From Eledone cirrhosa (lineage: Eukaryota): DNA of 64,000 nucleotides. The position numbers and the translations under genes are program-made. The notes beneath the pieces were generated by a model that did not search any database, had not been told where the DNA came from, and saw only the letters and a program-made list of their open reading frames with translations. The stretch lies in assembly GCA_964016885.1 (NCBI GenBank), contig CAXHJY010001441.1, forward strand, positions 186,001 to 250,000, in the 5' to 3' direction. Below, piece after piece: positions 38,201-53,200 of the stretch (position 1 is the stretch's first letter; the number at the start of each line of letters is the position of its first letter).

Positions 38201-41200
38201 TCAAACCTCCATGAAACAAACTACCTGCATCAGTTGTTAGCTGTCGAAACACTGCATCCTTTAAAACCTCAATGGAACAAACTACCTGCATCAGTTGTTA
38301 GCTGTCGAGACACTGCATCCTTTAAAACATCCATGGAACAAACTACCTGCATCAGTTGTTAGCTGTCGAAACACTGCATCCTTTAAAACCTCAATGGAAC
38401 AAACTACCTGCATCAGTTGTTAGCTGTCGAGACACTGCATCCTTTAAAACCTCCATGGAACAAACTAGCTGCATCAGTTGTTAGCTGTCGAAACACTGCA
38501 TCATTTAAAACCTCCATGGAACAAGCTACCTGCATCAGTTGTTAGCTGTCGAGACATTGCATCCTTTAAAACCTCCATGGAACAAACTAGCTGCATCAGT
38601 TGTTAGCTGTCGAAACACTGCATCATTTAAAACCTCCATGGAACAAGCTACCTGCATCAGTTGTTAGCTGTCGAGACACTGCATCCTTTAAAAACTCCAT
38701 GGAACAAGCTACCTGCATCAGTTGTTAGCTGTCGAGACACTGCATCCTTTAAAACCTCCATGGAACACACTACCTGCATCAGTTGTTAGCTGTCGAGTCA
38801 CTGCATCCTTTAAAACCTCCATGGAACAAACTCCCTGCATCGGTTGTTAGCTGTCGAGTCACTGCATCCTTTAAAACCTCCATGGAACAAACTAACTGCA
38901 TCAGTTGTTAGCTGTAGAAACACTGGATCCTTTAAAACCTCCATGGAACAAACTACCTGCATCAGTTGTTAGCTGTCGAGACACTGCATCCTTTAAAACC
39001 TCCATGGAACAAACTACCTGCATCAGTTGTTAGCTGTCGAGACACTGCATCCTTTAAAACCTCCATGGGACAAACTACCTGCACCAGTTGTTAGCTGTCG
39101 AGACACTGCATCCTTTAAAACCTCCATGGGACAAACTACCTGCATCAGTTGTTAGCTGTATAGACACTGTATCCTTTAAAACCTCCATGGGACAAACTAC
39201 CTGCATCAGTTGTTAGCTGTCGAGACACTGCATCCTTTAAAACCTCCATGAAACAAACTACCTGCACCAGTTGTTAGCTGTCGAGACACTGCATCCTTTA
39301 AAACCTCCATGGAACAAACTACCTGCATCAGTTGTTAGCTGTCGAGACACTGCATCCTTTAAAAACTCCATGGAACAAGCTACCTGCATCAGTTGTTAGC
39401 TGTCGAGACACTGCATTCTTTTAAACCTCCATGGAACAAACTACCTGCATCAGTTGTTAGCTGTCGAAACACTGCATCCTTTAAAACCTTAATAGAACAA
39501 ACTACCTTCATCAGTTGTTAGCTGTATAGACACTGCATCCTTTAAAAACTCCATGGAACAAACTACCTGCATCAGTTGTTAGCTGTCGAGTCACTGCATC
39601 CTTTAAAACCTCCATGGAACAAACTACCTGCATCAGTTGTTAGCTGTCGAAACACTGGATCCTTTAAAACCTCCATGGAACAAACTACCTGTATCAGTTG
39701 TTAGCTGTCGAGACACTGCATTCTTTCAAACCTCCATGGAACAAACTACCTGTATCACTTGTTAGCTGTCGAGACACTGCATTCTTTTAAACCTCCGTGG
39801 AACAAACTACCTGCATCTGTTGTTAGCTGTCGAGACACTGCATCCTTTAAAACCTCCATGGAACAAACTACCTTCATCAGTTTTTAGCTGTCGAAACACT
39901 GCATCCTTTAAAACATCCATGGGACAAACTACCTGCATCAGTTATTAGCTGTCGAGACACTGGATCCTTTAAAACCTCCATGGAACAAACTACCTGCATC
40001 AGTTTTTAGCTGTCGAAACACTGCATCCTTTAAAACATCCATGGGACAAACTACCTGCATCAGTTATTAGCTGTCGAGACACTGGATCCTTTAAAACCTC
40101 CATGGAACAAACTACCAGCATCAGTTGTTAGCTGTCGAGACACTGCATCCTTTAAAACCTCCATGGAACAAACTACCTTCATCAGTTTTTAGCTGTCGAA
40201 ACACTGCATCCTTTAAAACATCCATGGGACAAACTACCTGCATCAGTTATTAGCTGTCGAGACACTGGATCCTTTAAAACCTCCATGGAACAAATTACCT
40301 GCATCAGTTTTTAGCTGTCGAAACACTGCATCCTTTAAAACATCCATGGGACAAACTACCTGCATCAGTTATTAGCTGTCGAGACACTGGATCCTTTAAA
40401 ACCTCCATGGAACAAACTACCTGCATCAGTTGTTAGCTGTCGAGACAGTGTATCCTTTAAAACCTCCATGGAACAAACTAGCTGCATCAGTTGTTAGCTG
40501 TCGAGACACTGCATCCTTTAAAACCTCCATGGAACAAACTACCTGCATCAGTTGTTAGCTGTCGAGACACTGCATCCTTTAAAACCTCAATGAAACAAAC
40601 TACCTGCATCAGTTGTTAGCTGTCGAGACACTGCATCCTTTAAAACCTCCATGGAACAAACTACCTGCATCAGTTGTTAGCTGTCGAGACACTGCATTCT
40701 TTAAAACCTCCATGAAACAAACTACCTGCATCAGTTGTTAGCTGTCGAAACACTGCATCCTTTAAAACCTCAATGGAACAAACTACCTGCATCAGTTGTT
40801 AGCTGTCGAGACACTGCATTCGTTTAAACCTCCATGAAACAAACTACCTGCATTAGTTGTTAGCTGTCGAAACACTGCATCCTTTAAAACATCCATGGAA
40901 CAAACTACCTGCATCAGTTGTTAGCTGTCGAGACACTGCATCCTTTAAAACCTCCATGGAACAAACTACCTGCATCAGTTGTTAGCTGTCGAAACACTGC
41001 ATCCTTTAAAACCTCTATGGAACAAACTACCTGCATCAGTTGTTAGCTGTCGAGACACTGCATCCTTTAAAACCTCCGTGGAACAAACTACCTGCATCAG
41101 TTGTTAGCTGTTGAGACACTGCATCCTTTAAAACCTCCATGGAACAAACTACGTGCATCAGTTGTTAGCTGTCGAGTCATTGCATCCATTAAAACCTCCA

Positions 41201-44200
41201 TGGAACAAACTAACTGCATCAGTTGTTAGCTGTCGAAACACTGGATCCTTTAAAACCTCCATGGAACAAACTACCTGCATCAGTTGTTAGCTGTCGAGAC
41301 ACTGGATCCTTTAAAACCTCCATGGAACAAACTACCTGCATCAGTTGTTAGCTGTCAAGACACTGCATCCTTTAAAACCTCCATGGAACAAACTACCTGC
41401 ATCAGTTGTTAGCTGTCGAGACACTGCATTCTTTCAAACCTCCATGAAACAAACTACCTGCATCAGTTGTTAGCTGTCGAAACACTGCATCCTTTAAAAC
41501 CTCCATGTAACAAACTACCTGCATCAGTTGTTAGCTGTCGAAACACTGCATCCTTTAAAACCTCCATGGAACAAACTACCTGCATCAGTTGTTAGCTGTC
41601 GAAACACTGCATCCTTTAAAACCTCCATGGAACAAACTACCTGCATCAGTTGTTAGCTGTCGAGACACTGCATTCTTTCAAACCTCCATGAAACAAACTA
41701 CCTGCATCAGTTGTTAGCTGTCGAAACACTGCATCCTTTAAAACCTCCATGGAACAAACTACCTGCATCAGTTGTTAGCTGTCGAAACACTGCATCCTTT
41801 AAAACCTCCATGGAACAAACTACCTGCATCAGTTGTTAGCTGTCGAAACACTGCATCCTTTAAAACCTCCATGGAACAAACTACCTGCATCAGTTGTTAG
41901 CTGTCGAAACACTGCATCCTTTAAAACCTCCATGGAACAAACTACCTGCATCAGTTGTTAGCTGTCGAAACACTGCATCCTTTAAAACCTCCATGGAACA
42001 AACTACCTGCATCAGTTGTTAGCTGTCGAAACACTGCATCCTTTAAAACCTCCATGGAACAAACTACCTGCATCAGTTGTTAGCTGTCGAGACACTGGAT
42101 CCTTTAAAACCTCCATGGAACAAACTACCTGCATCAGTTGTTAGCTGTCGAAACACTGCATAATTTAAAACCTCCATGGAACAAACTACCTGCATCAGTT
42201 GTTAGCTGTCGAAACACTGCATCCTTTAAAACCTCCATGGAACAAACTACCTGCATCAGTTGTTAGCTGTCGAAACACTGCATCCTTTAAAACCTCCATG
42301 GAACAAACTACCTGCATCAGTTGTTAGCTGTCGAGACACTGCATTCTTTCAAACCTCCATGAAACAAACTACCTGCATCAGTTGTTAGCTGTCGAGACAC
42401 TGCATCCTTTAAAACCTCAATGGAACAAACTACCTGCATCAGTTGTTAGCTGTCGAAACACTGCATCCTTTAAAACCTCCATGGAACAAACTACCTGCAT
42501 CAGTTGTTAGCTGTTGAGACATTGCATCCTTTAAAACCTCCATGGAACAAACTACCTGCATCAGTTGTTAGCTGTCGAAACACTGCATCCTTTAAAACCT
42601 CAATGGAACAAACTACCTGCATCAGTTGTTAGCTGTCGAGACACTGCATTCGTTTAAACCTCCATGAAACAAACTACCTGCATTAGTTGTTAGCTGTCGA
42701 GTCACTGCATCCTTTAAAACCTCCATGGAACAAACTAACTGCATCAGTTGTTAGCTGTCGAAACACTGCATCCTTTAAAACCTCCATGGAACAAACTACC
42801 TGCATCAGTTGTTAGCTGTCGAGACACTGGATCCTTTAAAACCTCCATGGAACAAACTACCTGCATCAGTTGTTAGCTGTCAAGACACTGCATCCTTTAA
42901 AACCTCCATGGAACAAACTACCTGCATCATTTGTTAGCTGTCGAGACACTGCATCCTTTAAAACCTCCATGGAACAAACTACCTGCATCTGTTGTTAGCT
43001 GTCGAGACACTGCATCCTTTAAAACCTCAATGAAACAAACTACCTGCATCAGTTGTTAGCTGTCGAGACACTGCATCCTTTAAAACCTCCATGGGACAAA
43101 CAACCTGCATCAGTTGTTAGCTGTCGAGACACTGCATCCTTTAAAACCTCCATGGAACAAACTAGCTGCATCAGTTGTTAGCTGTCGAAACACTGCATCC
43201 TTTAAAACCTCTATGGAACAAACTACCTGCATCAGTTGTTAGCTGTCGAGACACTGCATCCTTTAAAACCTCCGTGGAACAAACTACCTGCATCAGTTGT
43301 TAGCTGTTGAGACACTGCATCCTTTAAAACCTCCATGGAACAAACTACCTGCATCAGTTGTTAGCTGTCGAGTCATTGCATCCTTTAAAACCTCCATGGA
43401 ACAAACTAACTGCATCAGTTGTTAGCTGTCGAAACACTGGATCCTTTAAAACCTCCATGGAACAAACTACCTGCATCAGTTGTTAGCTGTCGAGACACTG
43501 GATCCTTTAAAACCTCCATGGAACAAACTACCTGCATCAGTTGTTAGCTGTCAAGACACTGCATCCTTTAAAACCTCCATGGAACAAACTACCTGCATCA
43601 GTTGTTAACTGTCGAGACACTGCATCCTTTAAAACCTCCATGGAACAAACTACCTGCATCAGTTGTTAGCTGTCGAGACACTGCATCCTTTAAAACCTCA
43701 ATGAAACAAACTACCTGCATCAGTTGTTAGCTGTCGAGACACTGCATCCTTTAAAACCTCCATGGGACAAACTACCTGCATCAGTTGTTAGCTGTATAGA
43801 CACTGCATCCTTTAAAAACTCCATGGAACAAGCTACCTGCATCAGTTGTTAGCTGTCGAGTCACTGCATCCTTTACAACCTCAATGAAACAAACTACCTG
43901 CATCAGTTGTTAGCTGTCGAGACACTGGATCCTTTAAAACCTCCATGGAACAAACTACCTGCATCAGTTGTTAGCTGTCGAGACACTGCATCCTTTAAAA
44001 CCTCCATGGAACAAACTACCTGCATCAGTTGTTAGCTGTTGAGACACTGCATCCTTTAAAACCTCCATGGAACAAACTACCTGCATCACTTGTTAGCTGT
44101 CGAGACACTGCATTCTTTAAAACCTCCATGGAACAAACTACCTGCATCAGTTGTTAGCTGTCGAAACACTGCATCCTTTAAAACCTCCATGGAACAAACT

Positions 44201-47200
44201 ACCTGCATCACTTGTTAGCTGTCGAGACACTGCATCCTTTAAAACCTCCATGGAACAAACTACCTGCATCACTTGTTAGCTGTCGAGACACTGCATCCTT
44301 TAAAACCTCCATGGAACAAACTACCTGCATCAGTTGTTAGCTGTCGAGACACTGCATTCTTTCAAACCTCCATGAAACAAACTACCTGCATCAGTTGTTA
44401 GCTGTCGAAACACTGCATCCTTTAAAACCTCCATGGAACAAACTACCTGCATCAGTTGTTAGCTGTCGAAACACTGCATCCTTTAAAACCTCCATGGAAC
44501 AAACTACCTGCATCAGTTGTTAGCTGTCGAAACACTGCATCCTTTAAAACCTCCATGGAACAAACTACCTGCATCAGTTGTTAGCTGTCGAAACACTGCA
44601 TCCTTTAAAACCTCCATGGAACAAACTACCTGCATCAGTTGTTAGCTGTCGAAACACTGCATCCTTTAAAACCTCCATGGAACAAACTACCTGCATCAGT
44701 TGTTAGCTGTCGAAACACTGCATCCTTTAAAACCTCCATGGAACAAACTACCTGCATCAGTTGTTAGCTGTCGAGACACTGGATCCTTTAAAACCTCCAT
44801 GGAACAAACTACCTGCATCAGTTGTTAGCTGTCGAAACACTGCATCCTTTAAAACCTCCATGGAACAAACTACCTGCATCAGTTGTTAGCTGTCGAAACA
44901 CTGCATCCTTTAAAACCTCCATGGAACAAACTACCTGCATCAGTTGTTAGCTGTCGAAACACTGCATCCTTTAAAACCTCCATGGAACAAACTACCTGCA
45001 TCAGTTGTTAGCTGTCGAGACACTGCATCCTTTAAAAACTCCATGGAACAAACTACCAGCATCAGTTGTTAGCTCTATAGACACTGCATCCTTTAAAAAC
45101 TCCATGGAACAAGCTACCTGCATCAGTTGTTAGCTGTCGAGTCACTGCATCCTTTAAAACCTCCATGGAACAAACTACCTGCATCAGTTGTTAGCTGTCG
45201 AAACACTGGATCCTTTAAAACCTCCATGGAACAAACTACCTGCATCAGTTTTTAGTTGTCGAGACACTGGATCCTTTAAAACCTCCATGGAACAAACTAC
45301 CTGCATCAGTTGTTAACTGTCGAGACACTGCATCCTTTAAAACCTCCATGGAACAAACTACCTGCATCACTTGTTAGCTGTCGAGACACTGCATTCTTTC
45401 AAACCTCCATGAAACAAACTACCTGCATCAGTTGTTAGCTGTCGAGACACTGCATCCTTTAAAACCTCAATGGAACAAACTACCTGCATCAGTTGTTAGC
45501 TGTCGAAACACTGCATCCTTTAAAACCTCCATGGAACAAACTACCTGCATCAGTTGTTAGCTGTTGAGACATTGCATCCTTTAAAACCTCCATGGAACAA
45601 ACTACCTGCATCAGTTGTTAGCTGTCGAAACACTGCATCCTTTAAAACCTCAATGGAACAAACTACCTGCATCAGTTGTTAGCTGTCGAGACACTGCATT
45701 CGTTTAAACCTCCATGAAACAAACTACCTGCATTAGTTGTTAGCTGTCGAGTCACTGCATCCTTTAAAACCTCCATGGAACAAACTAACTGCATCAGTTG
45801 TTAGCTGTCGAAACACTGCATCCTTTAAAACCTCCATGGAACAAACTACCTGCATCAGTTGTAAGCTGTCGAGACACTGGATCCTTTAAAACCTCCATGG
45901 AACAAACTACCTGCATCAGTTGTTAGCTGTCAAGACACTGCATCCTTTAAAACCTCCATGGAACAAACTACCTGCATCATTTGTTAGCTGTCGAGACACT
46001 GCATCCTTTAAAACCTCCATGGAACAAACTACCTGCATCTGTTGTTAGCTGTCGAGACACTGCATCCTTTAAAACCTCAATGAAACAAACTACCTGCATC
46101 AGTTGTTAGCTGTCGAGACACTGCATCCTTTAAAACCTCCATGGGACAAACAACCTGCATCAGTTGTTAGCTGTATAGACACTGCATCCTTTAAAAACTC
46201 CATGGAACAAGCTACCTGCATCAGTTGTTAGCTGTCGAGTCACTGCATCCTTTAAAACCTCCATGGAACAAACTACCTGCATCAGTTGTTAGCTGTCGAG
46301 TCACTGCATCCTTTAAAACCTACATGGAACAAACTACCTGCATCAGTTGTTAGCTGTCGAGACACTGCATTCGTTTAAACCTCCATGAAACAAACTACCT
46401 GCATTAGTTTTTAGCTGTCGAAACACTGCATCCTTTAAAACCTCCATGGAACAAACTAGCTGCATCAGTTGTTAGCTGTCGAAACACTGCATCCTTTAAA
46501 ACCTCCATGGAACAAACTACCTGCATTAGTTGTTAGCTGTCGAAACACTGGATCCTTTAAAACCTCCATGGAACAAACTACCTGCATTAGTTGTTAGCTG
46601 TCGAGACACTGCATCCTTTAAAACCTCTATGGAACAAACTACCTGCATCAGTTGTTAGCTGTCGAGACACTGCATCCTTTAAAACCTCCATGGAACAAAC
46701 TACCTGCATCAGTTGTTAGCTGTCGAGACACTGCATCCTTTAAAACCTCCATGGGACAAACTACCTGCATCAGTTGTTAGCTGTATAGACACTGCATCCT
46801 TTAAAAACTCCATGGAACAAACTACCTGCATCAGTTGTTAGCTGTCGAGACACTGCATCCTTTAAAACCTCCATGGAACAAACTACCTGCATCAGTTGTT
46901 AGCTGTCGAGACACTGCATCCTTTAAAACCTCCATGGGACAAACTACCTGCATCAGTTGTTAGCTGTATAGACACTGCATCCTTTAAAAACTCCATGGAA
47001 CAAGCTACCTGCATCAGTTGTTAGCTGTCGAGTCACTGCATCCTTTAAAACCTCCATGGAACAAACTACCTGCATCAGTTGTTAGCTGTCGAGTCACTGC
47101 ATCCTTTAAAACCTCCATGGAACAAACTACCTGCATCAGTTGTTAGCTGTCGAAACACTGGATCCTTTAAAACCTCCATGGAACAAACTACCTGCATCAG

Positions 47201-50200
47201 TTGTTAGCTGTCGAGACACTGGATCCTTTAAAACCTCCATGGAACAAACTACCTGCATCAGTTGTTAGCTGTCGAGACACTGCATCCTTTAAAACCTCCA
47301 TGGAACAAACTACCTGCATCAGTTGTTAGCTGTTGAGACACTGCATCCTTTAAAACCTCCATGGAACAAACTACCTGCATCACTTGTTAGCTGTCGAGAC
47401 ACTGCATCCTTTAAAACCTCCATGGAACAAACTACCTGCATCAGTTGTTAGCTGTCGAAACACTGCATCCTTTAAAACCTCCATGGAACAAACTACCTGC
47501 ATCACTTGTTAGCTGTCGAGACACTGCATCCTTTAAAACCTCCATGGAACAAACTACCTGCATCACTTGTTAGCTGTCGAGACACTGCATCCTTTAAAAC
47601 CTCCATGGAACAAACTACCTGCATCAGTTGTTAGCTGTCGAGACACTGCATTCTTTCAAACCTCCATGAAAAAAACTACCTGCATCAGTTGTTAGCTGTC
47701 GAAACACTGCATCCTTTAAAACCTCCATGGAACAAACTACCTGCATCAGTTGTTAGCTGTCGAAACACTGCATCCTTTAAAACCTCCATGGAACAAACTA
47801 CCTGCATCAGTTGTTAGCTGTCGAAACACTGCATCCTTTAAAACCTCCATGGAACAAACTACCTGCATCAGTTGTTAGCTGTCGAAACACTGCATCCTTT
47901 AAAACCTCCATGGAACAAACTACCTGCATCAGTTGTTAGCTGTCGAAACACTGCATCCTTTAAAACCTCCATGGAACAAACTACCTGCATCAGTTGTTAG
48001 CTGTCGAAACACTGCATCCTTTAAAACCTCCATGGAACAAACTACCTGCATCAGTTGTTAGCTGTCGAGACACTGGATCCTTTAAAACCTCCATGGAACA
48101 AACTACCTGCATCAGTTGTTAGCTGTCGAAACACTGCATCCTTTAAAACCTCCATGGAACAAACTACCTGCATCAGTTGTTAGCTGTCGAAACACTGCAT
48201 CCTTTAAAACCTCCATGGAACAAACTACCTGCATCAGTTGTTAGCTGTCGAAACACTGCATCCTTTAAAACCTCCATGGAACAAACTACCTCCATCAGTT
48301 GTTAGCTGTCGAGACACTGCATCCTTTAAAAACTCCATGGAACAAACTACCAGCATCAGTTGTTAGCTGTATAGACACTGCATCCTTTAAAAACTCCATG
48401 GAACAAGCTACCTGCATCAGTTGTTAGCTGTCGAGTCACTGCATCCTTTAAAACCTCCATGGAACAAACTACCTGCATCAGTTGTTAGCTGTCGAAACAC
48501 TGGATCCTTTAAAACCTCCATGGAACAAACTACCTGCATCAGTTTTTAGTTGTCGAGACACTGGATCCTTTAAAACCTCCATGGAACAAACTACCTGCAT
48601 CAGTTGTTAACTGTCGAGACACTGCATCCTTTAAAACCTCCATGGAACAAACTACCTGCATCACTTGTTAGCTGTCGAGACACTGCATCCTTTAAAACCT
48701 CCATGGAACAAACTACCTGCATCAGTTGTTAGCTGTCGAGAAACTGCATTCTTTCAAACCTCCATGAAACAAACTACCTGCATCAGTTGTTAGCTGTCGA
48801 GACACTGCATCCTTTAAAACCTCAATGGAACAAACTACCTGCATCAGTTGTTAGCTGTCGAAACACTGCATCCTTTAAAACCTCCATGGAACAAACTACC
48901 TGCATCAGTTGTTAGCTGTTGAGACATTGCATCCTTTAAAACCTCCATGGAACAAACTACCTGCATCAGTTGTTAGCTGTCGAAACACTGCATCCTTTAA
49001 AACCTCAATGGAACAAACTACCTGCATCAGTTGTTAGCTGTCGAGACACTGCATTCGTTTAAACCTCCATGAAACAAACTACCTGCATTAGTTGTTAGCT
49101 GTCGAGTCACTGCATCCTTTAAAACCTCCATGGAACAAACTAACTGCATCAGTTGTTAGCTGTCGAAACACTGCATCCTTTAAAACCTCCATGGAACAAA
49201 CTACCTGCATCAGTTGTTAGCTGTCGAGACACTGGATCCTTTAAAACCTCCATGGAACAAACTACCTGCATCAGTTGTTAGCTGTCAAGACACTGCATCC
49301 TTTAAAACCTCCATGGAACAAACTACCTGCATCATTTGTTAGCTGTCGAGACACTGCATCCTTTAAAACCTCCATGGAACAAACTACCTGCATCTGTTGT
49401 TAGCTGTCGAGACACTGCATCCTTTAAAACCTCAATGAAACAAACTACCTGCATCAGTTGTTAGCTGTCGAGACACTGCATCCTTTAAAACCTCCATGGG
49501 ACAAACAACCTGCATCAGTTGTTAGCTGTATAGACACTGCATCCTTTAAAAACTCCATGGAACAAGCTACCTGCATCAGTTGTTAGCTGTCGAGTCACTG
49601 CATCCTTTAAAACCTCCATGGAACAAACTACCTGCATCAGTTGTTAGCTGTCGAGTCACTGCATCCTTTAAAACCTACATGGAACAAACTACCTGCATCA
49701 GTTGTTAGCTGTCGAAACACTGGATCCTTTAAAACCTCCATGGAACAAACTACCTGCATCAGTTGTTAGCTGTCGAGACACTGCATTCGTTTAAACCTCC
49801 ATGAAACAAACTACCTGCATTAGTTGTTAGCTGTCGAAACACTGCATCCTTTAAAACATCCATGGAACAAACTACCTGCATCAGTTGTTAGCTGTCGAGA
49901 CACTGCATCCTTTAAAACCTCCATGGAACAAACTAGCTGCATCAGTTGTTAGCTGTCGAAACACTGCATCCTTTAAAACCTCCATGGAACAAACTACCTG
50001 CATTAGTTGTTAGCTGTCGAAACACTGGATCCTTTAAAACCTCCATGGAACAAACTACCTGCATTAGTTGTTAGCTGTCGAGACACTGCATCCTTTAAAA
50101 CCTCTATGGAACAAACTACCTGCATCAGTTGTTAGCTGTCGAGACACTGCATCCTTTAAAACCTCCATGGAACAAACTACCTGCATCAGTTGTTAGCTGT

Positions 50201-53200
50201 CGAGACACTGCATCCTTTAAAACCTCCATGGGACAAACTACCTGCATCAGTTGTTAGCTGTCGAAACACTGCATCCATTAAAACCTCCATGAAACAAACT
50301 ACCTGCACCAGTTGTTAGCTGTCGAGACACTGCATCCTTTAAAACCTCCATGGAACAAACTACCTGCATCAGTTGTTAGCTGTCGAGACACTGCATCCTT
50401 TAAAACCTCAATGGAACAAACAACCTGCATCAGTTGTTAGCTGTCGAGACACTGTATCCTTTAAAACCTCAATGGAACAAACTACCTGCATCAGTTGTTA
50501 GCTGTCGAGACACTGTATCCTTTAAAACCTCCATGGAACAAACTACCTGCATCAGTTGTTAGCTGTCGAGACACTGCATCCTTTAAAACCTCCATGGAAC
50601 AAACTACCTGCATCAGTTGTTAGCTGTCGAAACACTGCATCCTTTAAAACCTCCATGGAACAAACTACCAGCATCAGTTGTTAGCTCTATAGACACTGCA
50701 TCCTTTAAAACCTCCATGGAACAAACTACCTGCATCACTTGTTAGCTGTCGAGAGACTGCATCCTATAAAACCTCCATGGGACAAACTACCTGCATCAGT
50801 TGTTAGCTGTATAGACACTGCATCCTTTAAAAACTCCATGGAACAAGCTACCTGCATCAGTTGTTAGCTGTCGAGTCACTGCATCCTTTAAAACCTCCAT
50901 GGAACAAACTACCTGCATCAGTTGTTAGCTGTCGAGTCACTGCATCCTTTAAAACCTCCATGGAACAAACTACCTGCATCAGTTGTTAGCTGTCGAAACA
51001 CTGGATCCTTTAAAACCTCCATGGAACAAACTACCTGCATCAGTTGTTAGCTGTCGAGACACTGGATCCTTTAAAACCTCCATGGAACAAACTACCTGCA
51101 TCAGTTGTTAGCTGTCGAGACACTGCATCCTTTAAAACCTCCATGGAACAAACTACCTGCATCACTTGTTAGCTGTCGAGACACTGCATCCTTTAAAACC
51201 TCCATGGAACAAACTACCTGCATCAGTTGTTAGCTGTCGAGACACTGCATTCTTTAAAACCTCCATGAAACAAACTACCTGCATCAGTTGTTAGCTGTCG
51301 AAACACTGCATCCTTTAAAACATCCATGGAACAAACTACCTGCATCAGTTGTTAGCTGTCGAGACACTGCATCCTTTAAAACCTCCATGGAACAAACTAC
51401 CTGCATCACTTGTTAGCTGTCGAGACACTGCATCCTTTAAAACCTCAATGGAACAAACTACCTGCATCAGTTGTTAGCTGTCGAGACACTGCATTCGTTT
51501 AAACCTCCATGAAACAAACTACCTGCATTAGTTGTTAGCTGTCGAAACACTGCATCCTTTAAAACATCCATGGAACAAACTACCTGCATCAGTTGTTAGC
51601 TGTCGAGACACTGCATCCTTTAAAACCTCCATGGAACAAACTACCTGCATCACTTGTTAGCTGTCGAGACACTGCATCCTTTAAAACCTCAATGGAACAA
51701 ACTACCTGCATCAGTTGTTAGCTGTCGAGACACTGCATTCGTTTAAACCTCCATGAAACAAACTACCTGCATTAGTTGTTAGCTGTCGAAACACTGCATC
51801 CTTTAAAACCTCCATGGAACAAACTACCTGCATCAGTTGTTAGCTGTCGAAACACTGCATCCTTTAAAACCTCCATGGAACAAACTACCTGCATCAGTTG
51901 TTAGCTGTCGAAACACTGCATCCTTTAAAACCTCCATGGAACAAACTACCTGCATCAGTTGTTAGCTGTCGAAACACTGCATCCTTTAAAACCTCCATGG
52001 AACAAACTTCCTGCATCAGTCGTTAGCTGTCGAAACACTGCATCCTTTAAAACCTCCATGGAACAAACTACCTGCATCAGTTGTTAGCTGTCGAAACACT
52101 GCATCCTTTAAAACCTCCATGGAACAAACTACCTGCATCAGTTGTTAGCTGTCGAGACACTGGATCCTTTAAAACCTCCATGGAACAAACTACCTGCATC
52201 AGTTGTTAGCTGTCGAAACACTGCATCCTTTAAAACCTCCATGGAACAAACTACCTGCATCAGTTGTTAGCTGTCGAAACACTGCATCCTTTAAAACCTC
52301 CATGGAACAAACTACCTGCATCAGTTGTTAGCTGTCGAAACACTGCATCCTTTAAAACCTCCATGGAACAAACTACCTCCATCAGTTGTTAGCTGTCGAG
52401 ACACTGCATCCTTTAAAAATTCCATGGAACAAACTACCAGCATCAGTTGTTAGCTGTATAGACACTGCATCCTTTAAAAACTCCATGGAACAAGCTACCT
52501 GCATCAGTTGTTAGCTGTCGAGTCACTGCATCCTTTAAAACCTCCATGGAACAAACTACCTGCATCAGTTGTTAGCTGTCGAAACACTGGATCCTTTAAA
52601 ACCTCCATGGAACAAACTACCTGCATCAGTTTTTAGTTGTCGAGACACTGGATCCTTTAAAACCTCCATGGAACAAACTACCTGCATCAGTTGTTAACTG
52701 TCGAGACACTGCATCCTTTAAAACCTCCATGGAACAAACTACCTGCATCACTTGTTAGCTGTCGAGACACTGCATCCTTTAAAACCTCCATGGAACAAAC
52801 TACCTGCATCAGTTGTTAGCTGTCGAGACACTGCATTCTTTCAAACCTCCATGAAACAAACTACCTGCATCAGTTGTTAGCTGTCGAGACACTGCATCCT
52901 TTAAAACCTCAATGGAACAAACTACCTGCATCAGTTGTTAGCTGTCGAAACACTGCATCCTTTAAAACCTCCATGGAACAAACTACCTGCATCAGTTGTT
53001 AGCTGTTGAGACATTGCATCCTTTAAAACCTCCATGGAACAAACTACCTGCATCAGTTGTTAGCTGTCGAAACACTGCATCCTTTAAAACCTCAATGGAA
53101 CAAACTACCTGCATCAGTTGTTAGCTGTCGAGACACTGCATTCGTTTAAACCTCCATGAAACAAACTACCTGCATTAGTTGTTAGCTGTCGAGTCACTGC

